This document shows, one piece after another, positions 21,320-33,300 of a stretch of DNA of 53,370 nucleotides. The stretch comes from a virus (lineage: Duplodnaviria > Heunggongvirae > Uroviricota > Caudoviricetes): IMG/VR virus record IMGVR_UViG_3300029906_000160; one strand, given 5' to 3'. A model generated the notes under the pieces. It ran no database searches, had not been told where the DNA came from, and saw only the letters and a program-made list of their open reading frames with translations. The translations under genes and the position numbers were made by a program. Within the stretch, counting starts at the first letter, position 1. Each line of letters starts with the position of its first letter.

Positions 21320-22249
21320 ATGACTGCAAGAGAAATGTATGAATACGCTCTGATAGAATGTAATAAATTGGAAGCTCCATCATTACTTCTTGAAGACTAT
21401 AATTATTTTATTAACAAGGCTGTCCAACAGTACATAAATTTGATTTATAATCGTTATGATATGAATCAACAAAGTACTGATGATCTTCGAGTTTTAAAAA
21501 CTTCCGCAGTTATTCCTTTAGTTAAAGGAGGAATTGGCGAAGGAGGAATTGGCGAAGGAGGAATTGGCGAGGACTTTACTCAGTCTGCTTTATTTGGAGC
21601 ATCTTTCATAGGAGAACTTCCTAAGGATTATCTACACATGCTTAATTGTATAGTAGAGTATAAAGTAGCAAAGCCATTTAAATGCTATGAACCAGCAGAA
21701 AAAGTACAATTTGCTGCACGTAGATTAACTTCAGATATGTTCTCTGGAATTCTCAATAATGCTTATATGCGTCCAATGTACAAAAGACCTTATTATTATG
21801 TAAATAACTGGAATCAACAAGTTGAACTTCCAACTAATGAAGAAATGGATTCTCAAATTCCAGAAAGTGCAGAAGGTCTTACTAGTAATACATCTACAGT
21901 AGATTCAATTAAACCTACTCAAGGACGTAATGCAAATGTAACTAAAGTGTTACTTGAGATTCGTTTTGGAAAAGATTCTGCTTTATTTACTCCTGAAAGA
22001 GCTTATGTAGATTATCTTAAAGGTCCTCAATTTATCAGACTTACACAAGCACAAATTGACAAGACAGAAGATACATCTCAAGTTCTCGAATTTCCTGATT
22101 ATGTTTGCTTTGAAATCGTTAATATATTTACTAAACTCTTAATGGAAAATTCTAGTGATCCAAGACTTCAAACAAACATTCCAATTAATCAAACAATTCC
22201 TAGCGGCGCTCAAACACAACAAGCCGCTCAACAGCAACAAGGACAGTAA
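21320..22249 (+). CDS. Head-tail adaptor/ring-like protein (309 aa)
   Basis: MTAREMYEYALIECNKLEAPSLLLEDYNYFINKA N-terminus and LEFPDY C-terminus resemble Crassvirales neck ring proteins; recognition only. Confidence 0.55.
   Translation: MTAREMYEYALIECNKLEAPSLLLEDYNYFINKAVQQYINLIYNRYDMNQQSTDDLRVLKTSAVIPLVKGGIGEGGIGEGGIGEDFTQSALFGASFIGELPKDYLHMLNCIVEYKVAKPFKCYEPAEKVQFAARRLTSDMFSGILNNAYMRPMYKRPYYYVNNWNQQVELPTNEEMDSQIPESAEGLTSNTSTVDSIKPTQGRNANVTKVLLEIRFGKDSALFTPERAYVDYLKGPQFIRLTQAQIDKTEDTSQVLEFPDYVCFEIVNIFTKLLMENSSDPRLQTNIPINQTIPSGAQTQQAAQQQQGQ
21527..21571 (+). repeat. 15-nt tandem repeat x3, (GGIGE)3
   Basis: ggaggaattggcgaa twice plus ggaggaattggcgag. Confidence 0.95.
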
Positions 22250-22279
22250 TATATTATTAATTTTTAATTAGATTAAACT

Positions 22280-23410
22280 ATGTTTCAATATACACACGAA
22301 GTTATAATTAATTCTCTTACCCGTGATGGTCTTGATAGACTTCAGCCATCTGCTGGTGTTCTTCAAATTCTCCGTTCTGGAGTTTATAAATTTGAGCACG
22401 TAGTTGACGGTAAGATTTATAAAACCGCAGGATATGAAGGTAAAGTTTCTAGCCTTATGTTTGACTTTACCGATACTTCTGCATTCGCTGAGGATGGTAC
22501 TTATAGACTTACTATCTTCACAAAGATGCCAAATAAATTCCTTGGAGAATACGCAAACGCCAATTGGTATGAATTTGGTAAGCCACTTATGGTAGAATTT
22601 GAGTGCGTTGGTGCAATGACAGCTGAAATACTTATGAATAAGGTAGCTAAAGCACTTAGACTTGCTCTTCCAGAAAACAATCAGTGGCTTAAAATTACTA
22701 CTGGCGACACTTCTAAGGTAACTGTACAGACTAAAGATCCTTATATGATCTTCTCTGGAGTTGAACTTGAATACTACGAGCCTACTGCTTGTGATTCTTG
22801 CGTTGGTTACTATGAGAAGAAAGATCTTTCTAAGAATGTGACTGTAGAAAACGGACGTGAACCATTTGCAACTGCAGCTTGGATTACAGAGAACCTTCGT
22901 TTCCCTTCTTATCCAAATGTACGTTATGCTTCTCCTAATTCTGATGAAATTCCAATTCCTGGTGCAATTTATAATATGTATTCATTTGCATATGATGTTG
23001 TACGTAAAGGACTTGGTGGACTTTCAGTAGTAGGTCAGAAAGCTGAATCTGTAACTCGTCATATCTATTATGTTCGTCAGGATCTTGCAGCAGCGTTTGA
23101 AGCAGCTGTAGAAGAAGCTTTTGGAGCAAACGTTATTATCGAAAATAACGCTTCTTACATTCTTGGTGCAGGTACTGTAGCTAATGATGGCGTTGCAGTA
23201 GAACTTAAAGCAGAAGTTGTTCCTGCATCTGATTCTGTAACGTTTACTTGGGCACTTGGAGAAGATGCTGTTGAAGGAATAGACCTTTCTGGTGCAGCTT
23301 TAACTGTTGAAAGTACTGTTCCTGCTGGAACTAAGTTTACTGTAACAGTTACTCCTAGTGATAGTAATTATAAATCAGCATCTAGAGTTCTTGAAGTAGT
23401 TCAAGGCTAA
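22280..23410 (+). CDS. Abundant structural protein (auxiliary-capsid-like) with C-terminal Ig-like domain (376 aa)
   Basis: Biased codon usage, TGG-only Trp, C-terminal beta-rich VELKAEVVPASDSVTFTW...FTVTVTP. Confidence 0.55.
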   Translation: MFQYTHEVIINSLTRDGLDRLQPSAGVLQILRSGVYKFEHVVDGKIYKTAGYEGKVSSLMFDFTDTSAFAEDGTYRLTIFTKMPNKFLGEYANANWYEFGKPLMVEFECVGAMTAEILMNKVAKALRLALPENNQWLKITTGDTSKVTVQTKDPYMIFSGVELEYYEPTACDSCVGYYEKKDLSKNVTVENGREPFATAAWITENLRFPSYPNVRYASPNSDEIPIPGAIYNMYSFAYDVVRKGLGGLSVVGQKAESVTRHIYYVRQDLAAAFEAAVEEAFGANVIIENNASYILGAGTVANDGVAVELKAEVVPASDSVTFTWALGEDAVEGIDLSGAALTVESTVPAGTKFTVTVTPSDSNYKSASRVLEVVQG

Positions 23411-23421
23411 TATTAATATAT

Positions 23422-23455
23422 AGGCGGTGGAACCTAAATCCGCCGCCTTTTTTAT
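23422..23455 (+). terminator. Strong intrinsic terminator
   Basis: aggcggtgga / tccgccgcct stem then a T-run. Confidence 0.9.
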
Positions 23456-23464
23456 TTTTCAACT

Positions 23465-24130
23465 ATGAAAATTAACGAAATTGCATCGGCTATTTATAAT
23501 GATGTAATGTCTGGGTTAGTTAATATAACAAGTGATCCAAATATATCATTAGAACAATTAGAAGATGAAGTAGTTGAAGAAAGACAATCCGTAATTAAAG
23601 AATGGTGATATAAAAATATTATAAATCCTAAAGATTTATTATTAGCTATAAATTGTATTCCTGTTGATTGTGCTGATCCTGCTAAATGTTGTAAATTTCA
23701 TTTAGCTAAACCAACACATCATTTTGAAATTCCACAATTAATGAATGATCTTGGAGAAGACGCTATTGAATTTGTTGGATCTGTTGATCGCGAAGTACAA
23801 TTTAAATTTTATACATCTACATCATATCAATATCATAAATATAAGCGTAATAAATCTAACGAACCTTACGTTTATATAGAAACTACTCCAAACGAACATG
23901 GAATGTATGATGGATGAATTTATAATGCACCATTTATTAAATATATATCAGTAATAGGTATATTTAAAGATCCAAGACAATTAGATCATTTTGATTGTTG
24001 TCGAACTTACGAATATCTTGACATAGGCCCAATATCTAGCGAAGTTAAGAAAAGATTAACACAACGTAAATTCTATTACTATCGACAAGCATATCCTGGA
24101 CCTCGTCCTGATAATAATATTCCTACTTAA
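23465..24130 (+). CDS. Neck/ring-like structural protein (221 aa, TGA=Trp)
   Basis: MKINEIASAIYND...IGIFKDPR; open to TAA 24128-24130, coupled to the next ATG. Confidence 0.7.
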
Positions 24131-24822
24131 TGAAATTTTACGATTTAAATGCAGCTTATTCTCTTGCTAATACTTTATATGGGGTTGATCCTTCACCTAC
24201 AGATTTTGAAGATATTGCTTTAAATGCCTGAATTTTAATTAATAATAAACATACTCGTTTATATAAATATGTTGGAGATACAGAAGATCATGAACTAGCG
24301 CTTCCTTGTAATGTAGATATTATTGAATCTGTACACATTCCAATTGAAGATGCACAGATGACTTCTAACCAAACCGTATTTAATTCAATTGAAACTCTTT
24401 TTATAGAAAATTATATAAATTGCTGAAAACGTATAGACGATCCATATTATCAAACTGGAAAATTAGTAAAATATAAAGAAGGTGATAATACTCTTTATTT
24501 TACTCGTGATTATAAAAGAGTAATGGTTATATATCATGGAATTCTAGTTAATGATGAAACAGGACTTCCAATGATTACAGATAAAGAAATGCAAGCAATT
24601 GCAGCGTACATTGGATTCGCTATGTTATATAAAGAATCTCTTAGAAAGAAAGATGCAAATCTAATGAAGATGGCACTTCAAGTAAAACAAGAATGATTAA
24701 GAGCTTGTAGTGCTGCAAGAGTTCCAGAGCATCTTTCTCAGAATGATATGGATAAAGTTCTCGACGCAAGTGTAAGATGGGATAGAAAACAATACGGTAA
24801 AAGCTTTAAAGGTGTTTTATAA
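24130..24822 (+). CDS. Neck/ring-like structural protein (230 aa, TGA=Trp)
   Basis: TAATG-coupled start; 3 TGA and 1 TGG; TAA 24820-24822. Confidence 0.7.
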
Positions 24823-24829
24823 TAATTGT

Positions 24830-25291
24830 ATGGATTGAAAAGAAGGTAAATGAGTTAATACGTGAAGTTTTACATCTCAAGATTTATTTGATAATATAAA
24901 TTTTGCTCAATTTGGCTGAACACACGCTTTTTATAAACTATTAAAAACAGATCGCTGAAAAAAATTAGTTGGAATGGTGTTTACATATTTCATGTACTTA
25001 GTTATTTTGGATATTATCGAAAATAATGTTACATTTGAATTACCATTAAAGGGTGCTGCACAGGGTGAATTTTACGTAAAATCGTTTACAGGAGAATCTT
25101 TTAGAAAACTATATCAAGCTGGTAAATGATCAGATATAGATTTTTTAAATAGTGATTTTACAGGTTATCAAATATATTTTAGATATAAAACTAAACGAGG
25201 AGATTGAAAAGAAAAACCAGTATATTTATCGCATAAAAATGCAAGAGATATATTTCATAAAAAGATTAATGAAGGAAAGAAATACTATTAG
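24830..25291 (+). CDS. Putative IHF/HU-like protein (153 aa, 7 TGA-Trp)
   Basis: MDWKEGKWVNTWSFTSQDLF...LVILDIIENNVTFELP...KINEGKKYY-TAG; function inferred from helix-helix-strand pattern and position. Confidence 0.55.
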
Positions 25292-25293
25292 CT

Positions 25294-25923
25294 ATGCAAT
25301 TAGCTTATCCAGAAAAATATTACGAAAAAGTTAAGGAGCGTTTTCCAGAATTAACTTATCGTGAAATAGATACTATAGTTAAATTTGGATTACGCTCTTT
25401 ATTTATAAATTGTGGATATGGTGGGGACATATTGTTACATTCTCCATATTTTACAATGTATATAGGAAAAATATTTAACGATAAAATAAAATTTTTTAAT
25501 TATAGAGTTATAAAAGAATCTATAAAACTTAGAATTAAATATAAAAGAGCTAAAACTCAATGAGATGGATATTACTACTTTGGATTATCTGATAAAGAAT
25601 TTGAACAATATTTAACTAATTTTAGAGAATTTGGTCAAGGTAATAAATCTAAAGGAGCGAGACGAAGAAAAATAACATTTCCAAAAATTAAATGTTATAA
25701 ACTTTTAGAAGAATGTAAGATTCATCCGATAAATAAACACATCTTTAGATTAAAATATCCTGAAGATGTTGGATTTACTTTTTGAAAAGAAAATTACGCG
25801 ACGTATAACGCACAATATATATTAAGAAGAAAAGATGATGAATGAGAATCAATAGAGTATAAAACTACTCGTTACGGTAATAAATATGTAAATCATTCAT
25901 ATTTAAATAAACAAAAGAAATAG
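25294..25923 (+). CDS. Putative IHF/HU-like basic protein (209 aa, TGA=Trp)
   Basis: Track ORF extends through 3 TGA to TAG 25921-25923; basic; FPELTYREIDTIVKFG...GGDILL. Confidence 0.55.
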
Positions 25924-25926
25924 ATT

Positions 25927-26754
25927 ATGGCGAGACAAGAAGCAGAAACTATTATAGGAACTGTTTATAAAATAACTAATATAATAAACAATAAAGTTTA
26001 TATTGGAGAAACAATTATGCCTATGAAAAAAAGATTTCAAACACATTTAACATCCGCTTTTAACGCCAAGTCAAACACATATAATTATTATTTTCATAGA
26101 GCTATAAGAAAATATGGAAAAGACGCTTTTATTATTGAATGTTTAGAAACAATAGAAGGAAATTTTCAAAAGTGGGTTAAAAAGAAAATTCAACAACTAG
26201 AAAAAAAATATATAAAACAATATAAATCAAATGATCCATTAGTTGGCTATAATTCAGATTCTGGAGGATTAGGAGGAAGGATTCCAAATATAGAAGTTAG
26301 ACAAAAACAAAGCCAAATAAAGAAAAATGATCCAAAAACAAAAGAAAGATTGGATTACGCTAGATCTTTTAATAAGAGTGAAAAAGAAATAAGACAATAT
26401 AATTATTATACTGGTGAATTTATAAAAGAATATAAATCAATTAAGAATGCTTCTGAAGAATTAAATTTAGATGATAGTAGTATAGTAAAATGTTGTAAAC
26501 ATCCAAATAAACATAAATATTTAAAAGTAAATAATATTAAATATACTTTTAGATATAAATCTGAAGATTATATTCCAGTTTATACTATAAAAATGACATT
26601 AGAAGACAATAGTTTTGTAGATTATTTAATAGATACAGTACAATGTTATGAAAAATATCATATAGATAGATCTCAAATTGTTAGATGTTGCAAAGGAAAA
26701 AATAATTATGCTGGAAAATATAATAATTTAAAAATGTTATGAAGCTATGTCTAG
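25927..26754 (+). CDS. Free-standing GIY-YIG homing endonuclease
   Basis: VYKITNIINNKVYIGET, a NUMOD1-like repeat (QYNYYTGEFIKEYKSIKNA), no intron core nearby; TGA 26740 then TAG 26752-26754. Confidence 0.85.
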
Positions 26755-29700
26755 ACAAGAAATATCATCAACTTTTCAGGACGGATTGATGATGGATTTA
26801 AATCCTATAAATACTCCAAAAAGTGTTTTAACTGATTGTGTAAATGGTACATTTATTACATATAATGGTAATGAATTTGTACTACAAAATGATATGGGTA
26901 ATTACGAATTAAAAAATTGTAAATTACCAACCAATTTTATTCCAGTAGGGGTAAGGGGTTATGCAGATATTCTTTATATTGTCTCGTATAATCCTTTAAC
27001 AAAAGAAGTTGAGATTGGATCTTATCCAGCACCTCAAAGTATATTTAGTACTGGAACTTCCCCAAATATAGGTCCAGATAATCAACTTACTTCTTTCACA
27101 ATTAATGAAACATTACAATATAATAATATAATTCAAGACCAGAAAAAGAATTTATATGTTTTTATGGATGGAACTGATCAAGACACATACAAAATGTATC
27201 CTGGAGATGAATTTAAAATAACTGGATTGGTTCAAGAGAACTTAGAATTTCCATATCAGCATTTAAATTTTTATATTATTGATGAAGATAATAAATTATT
27301 TGATATAGATGATACAAAATTGTATGCAAACGTATCTGAGGATTATAAAAAAGTATTCTGAGAAACTCCGGGTTGATTAGCCGCACAGTATGATTTATAT
27401 GTTCCAGATAAATTTAACTTAAATCTTAGATCGTTAAATGTTCCTGAATTTATAACTGATAATAAAAATACTTCAACACAATCTGAATTACCTCAACCAG
27501 ATGCAGATCATTTTGAAGTTTCAATGAACTTATCAGCACAAGTTATTATTTCAGATTCATTATTTCAAGCAGAATTAATGAAACATAAGATAGAAAATAC
27601 CTCTCAATTTGAACACTTAAAAGTTCGTTTTAAATTCAGTTGTGAATCTGGAAATTTTGCTTATTTAACTGAAGATCCTGCTCAAACATATACGGGAAGT
27701 GATCAAATAATTGACATAAATTGTAATTATCATAATTATCAAGATGATATTATTACAGCATACGTAAATTGTACTCCAGTTTGATTTATGAACAATCCAA
27801 CGAATCCTGAAGATTTATCTGATTATAATGGCGCTGTTTCTGTAAAAGCATATCCTATAATTGATATGGGAGGAGGAAAAGTTCTTGAATATACACAATT
27901 TACAACTACATATAATTTTAAATTAAACAATTTAAAAAATAAAAGTGCAATTAATATTGGAGAAAATATTTATAAATGATCAGTAGATGACGATAGTTGT
28001 ACAATTTCCTTTGATGTTAATGGTCCGTTTGTAAATGCAAATAATATAACTGGAAGATACGAAATTTATCGAGTTAATTTATTTAATTATTTTGAGAATA
28101 TTACAGCTGCTGAAACTGATATTGATAGTGGAAATAGTAAAAGTGCTTCTAGTTTTAAATTTAATAATGTTCAGGGAGGTATATTAACTAAAGATGAGGA
28201 AAAGAATAAATGAAATCGTACTAATGTTTTATTAAATACTTCTATTTTTCCTAAAGCAAAACTTTTAATGTGTGACGGAAATATATCTAACCTTGTTCTA
28301 TATGGACAAAACACATTAAATATTGATTGATTAACTTCAGATAAATATACATTAATAGATTTTCAAAATACTTATATTAATCCTGAATATGATGAAACTG
28401 ATGAAAATTCTAAAAAACACATAACTACAGCTTCAATAAATAAAGAAATTTCATTCGAAAAAGAGGGTGGAGTATATTTATTAAGAATTGTATTAGAACA
28501 AAATCATGAACAAATTGCGGATAAAGTTCTTCCATTAATTCCTAGTGAAGTATTTAATGAGTGATTTGGAGAAAAAGATAATTACTTAGATGAAAACAAC
28601 GGAGTAACAGGATCAGACTGAGTAAATAAATATTGAGATTTAGTTTCTGTTAATGTTTTAAATCCAAATTTTAACATTTCATTTGATAGTGAAAATTTAG
28701 AAAGTTTTAAAGTTTTACTTAAGCATAATCGTGATGAAGTCAAATGAGAATTCCTAAAAGATGAAAATAATTCTTCTTTATGAAATAAAGATTTAGTGAT
28801 ACGTGATTTAACTGATTTAAATTTGGGTCCTAATAGATTTAATTCAAATCCTACAGGAATTCAATATGACATTCAATTGCTTCCAACAATCAACAAAGTT
28901 TCTGGAGAAGTTAGTATTATAAGTAAAGCTACTAAAGGTTTATGAAATCCGATTGGTAATAATAATATTATATTTCAAGCAAACAATAAAAACATTATTA
29001 ATTATAATAATGAATTAGATACATATAATCTAATGCAAAATATAGTTATAGATTGAATCGCAAACGGAAGTAAAAATTCAATTCCTAAATTTATAAGTTC
29101 AAGATATATTTTAGACTCGGATCTTTTAATAAATGGAAATATTGATGGAAGTTTGGTATATACTGGTGGCGGATTTACTAATCCAGGTATAATTTGTAGT
29201 TGTAACGGAATATTAATAGACAAAACTAATAAAGAACAAAAAAATTTCTATGCAGAGCAAACGATTCCATGGAAAGGAACATCAGATAAAGATTCTTATA
29301 TTTTTGGAATGTTAGGTGAAATGTTAAATCGTGGAAACTGTTGCATTGCTCCTGTTAAATTTACTGCTAAAAGAGAGGTTGGGTCTACATTTTATCCAGT
29401 ATTAGTTAGCGATATTGATGATAACCCAGATTCAGCTGGAGAAGGATTAACTTGATCTAATGGCGGCCCTAATTGTCAATATTTAGTTATGCGAACTAGA
29501 GGTGGAAATAGTAATAATTCAAATAAAACAATTGCTATAAGATTAAGCGATGAAAATCTACACACATTTGCTAATATATTACGTTATATTACTATATATG
29601 AATGCTCATTGTCAAATTATGAAGATGTGTATTTTTCTTCATTTGATTTAAGTGGATTAACTAATTCTGAAAGTATAACGATAAATCAATGTATATATTC

Positions 29701-30301
29701 TGGACAAATATATCAACTTCGTTGTGATGATGAATCTTTGTTTAATTCTACTCAATTACAAAAAATTAATTCTCAGTTATTTAAAAACATTAATTTTAAA
29801 TTTAATCAAGTTATATCAACGAAACTTCCTTCAATAACTATTATACTAGATTATATTAAAAATAAATATTATTCAGAATTTTATTATAATATTAATGATG
29901 CGTTTATAGAATATAACGAAAAGCAAAGTAGTAATATAATAGAATTTTCATCATATCCTGCTGGCATATCTTTACAATATTCAGAAGATCCATATATATA
30001 CGACAATTATAATAATTTAACAGAAGAAAATAAAACCAAATTTGAAGAATATTTAACATTAATGTTTGGAGAAACAGATCTTAGTAAACTTAGTACACCT
30101 TCTAAAGATACTGTAAACAAAACTATAAATAATTTAACTAAAAAAACAGACTCGTTAAATTATTCTTTAAGTAATATTGCATTAAATATTCCTAATAACG
30201 GAACATTAAAATATGTAGAAAATCGTAAAAGTACTACAAGTGTTGCTTCGAACACAGCAAAAGTTTTAGTTTGTTATCAAACCGACACATTAGATATATA
30301 A
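26747..30301 (+). CDS. Large tail structural protein (~1184 aa, TGA=Trp)
   Basis: Five track ORFs share one frame; the N-terminus FQDGLMMDLNP...LQNDMGN is of the type found in Crassvirales tail proteins. Confidence 0.75.
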
Positions 30302-30302
30302 T

Positions 30303-33300
30303 ATGGATATTAAATTATCGGTTAAAAAATATAATCAAGAAGGCGATATGGCTCATGAATATAGGCCATTAAGAAATAAATTACTTGCAGGTGAACAACA
30401 AGATCCAAAAGTTAATCCGAAAGACTTAACTGATTTTCGAACAAAAGAAATTAATGTTGATCTTGATAATCCGCTTAATATTGAATGTCAACCTTCTTAT
30501 GATGGTACAGTAAATCTTATCATTAATGATGATAAAAATCCACCTAGAATTATTAATACTAGATTTTCTGCCATAGAAGATAATAGATTCAGAATTATCA
30601 ATCGTAATCAAAAGGAACAAACTAATATTTATGAAGAGACAATGATTGACCAACAAACACGTCTCTTTAGGAATTTAAATTTTATTCCAAGAATCCAATT
30701 AGTATCTGTAGATTATTTTGGACAATTAAAAGGTGGAAATTATACATTTTATGTTAAATTTGCAGATAACGATTTTAATAAAACAGATGTAGTTTGTGAA
30801 AGTGGACAAATTTCTATATTTAATGGAACCTTAACTTCTCCAAAAACTATAACTGGAACTCTTCAAGATGAACGAACAGATAAGGCTGTAACTATTAGAA
30901 TTAATAATATAGATACTTCATTTCAGAAAGTTTATCTCTATTATACTCGTGAAACTTGTGATGCTAATGGTTCTAGAATTACAGAAGTAGCGATGATTAA
31001 AGAACCTTATGATATTAAGAATAATTATCTTGATATTACTATAAATGGATTTGAAGAAATAGAAGAGATAAGTGAATCTGAATTAAATATACGATACTTA
31101 TATGTAGATAGAGTTAAAACTCAGACACAAAATCAAGGAATGCTGTTCTTTGGAAATGTTGAAATGAGCACAATTGATCCTAGAGATTTACAAGCTCTAT
31201 CTTTATATATAAATGTTGAATTAACACATAAAACAGAATCAATTGGATATGTTGATACTAACTACGAAGGTCAAAAAACAGATGATGCAGAACAAATAGA
31301 ATATTATAATCCACAAAACGTTTATTATAATCTTGGATATTGACCAGATGAAATGTATCGTCTTGGTATAGTTTATATAATGAGAGACGATAGTTTATCT
31401 GAAGTCTTTAACTTAAGAGGAATTAAATATAGTTTAGGAAGGGAAGATATTCCAAGTGTATTATCTAATATTGATGATACTACTTCTAGTGAAGTTACTG
31501 CTGAATATCAACAATGATATGAGCGTGAAGATGAAAACAAACCAATTGAAGAACGTAAAATTAATTATATTCCAAAAGAAGACTTTATTTTAAATGGACA
31601 ACATTTAAATAATACAATGGGAGTATTTAAACTTCCCGCAGATATTCAAATTTTTGATCATAATAATTCAAAAACACATCCTTGAGGATTTAAAATTAGC
31701 ATTAAATCGGATCTTAGAGAAAAATTAAGATCTATGGGAATTAAAGGATTTTTTATTGTAAGACAAAAAAGAATTCCAACTACATTATGTCAAGGATTAT
31801 CGATCGGTATTGATAGAACTAGTCACGTACCTACAATTCCTATTTTCGAAGAAACTAAAAATGGAGACACAATATCATATAAAACACGTTACATAACAGA
31901 AGGTTTTATAGATGATAATGGAACACTTAGCACAAATTTTAAAAAGAAAACAAGTGATTTTAAAGCAACTTCTGCTTTGTTATCTGTAGATTCTTGTGTA
32001 ACTCCGATATTACAATCAATGTTTGATGGATCTGAATATACAATTCAATCTTATGAAGCACGTTGAATTAAAAATCAACAAGATAATAGAATTTTTACTG
32101 CCGAATATGATGAAACTTTATTAAAGAATAAGAATGAATTAACAGGAATTCAAACTATAGAGTCACAAAAATTAAATACAATATTTGTGCAGGGAGATGT
32201 TCCTTTTAAATATATAGCTAACCAAAGTTTTTCTACTAGAGCTGGAGTTGCAGAAGATGTACAACAAATTGCATTCTTTGATCAACAAAATTATAAAGAA
32301 GATTATAGAAATCTTTTACGTGGAATTTGGTGTCCAATATTAGGATTATCAAGTAATATTAAAGATGCTTGAATTTATAACGTTAAAGTAAAAAACTTCT
32401 CTAACGTATTTGAACAAGAATATTTTAAAATTCGAGGTAATGATAATTCCCCATTCTATGCAATTAGTGATAGATGAGCGATTGATGATCCAAAGTCAAA
32501 CGAAATAGAAGTATACAGAGGAGATTGTTATACTTGTACAGTAAGTATGAGATTACAACGTAACTTTGTAGATTCTGATGTTCCTGTAAACGAAACAATT
32601 GTTGATCCAAATACTTGAAAAGATCATTATCATGGATATAATACTACTGATGAAGAAGATTGATTAGATATTAATAGAGGTGATGTAAATACTTCTCCAA
32701 TTGGTTCTTGAATTACTTGAAAATGTTTTAGTAATTATAATTTAGGATTAAGATCTCAAGATTATACTAATGTTGAAGAAATGGCACTTATGGGTAATCC
32801 TCGTTCATTCTATCCTATTACTGGAGCATCTACTTCAGTGGCTAACAAAATAGACGAATCTTGAAAACTAAATGATGGTTATTCTTCAACTGTAGGAAAG
32901 AAATATTTTCTTCCAGTTCAAGATGTACCGTATACAAGAGACATATTTGACACAAGAATTATGTTCTCTAATGTTCAGCAAGACGATGCTTTTCAAAATG
33001 CTTATAGAATATTTCAAGGTTTGTCTTACAAAGATATGGATAGACAATATGGAGCTCTTGTTAAATTAATTACTTGAGGTTCTAATCTATTAGCAATCTT
33101 TGAACATGGGATTACAATCATTCCTGTTAACGAGAAAGCGTTACTTACTACAAATACAGGCCAATCTGTACACATGTATGGTGCAGAAGTATTACAAAAT
33201 CAAATGACTGTAATATCTCAAGATTATGGTTCTATTTGACCAGAATCTATTATTAGAACACCAATTGCTGTATACGGAGTAGATACCTATGCAAAGAAAA

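Noticed and set aside
1453-25334. Off-frame plus-strand ORFs 1453-1707, 14953-15135, 22404-22595 and 25152-25334
   Set aside because: They overlap better-supported genes in another frame and have no motif or start context.
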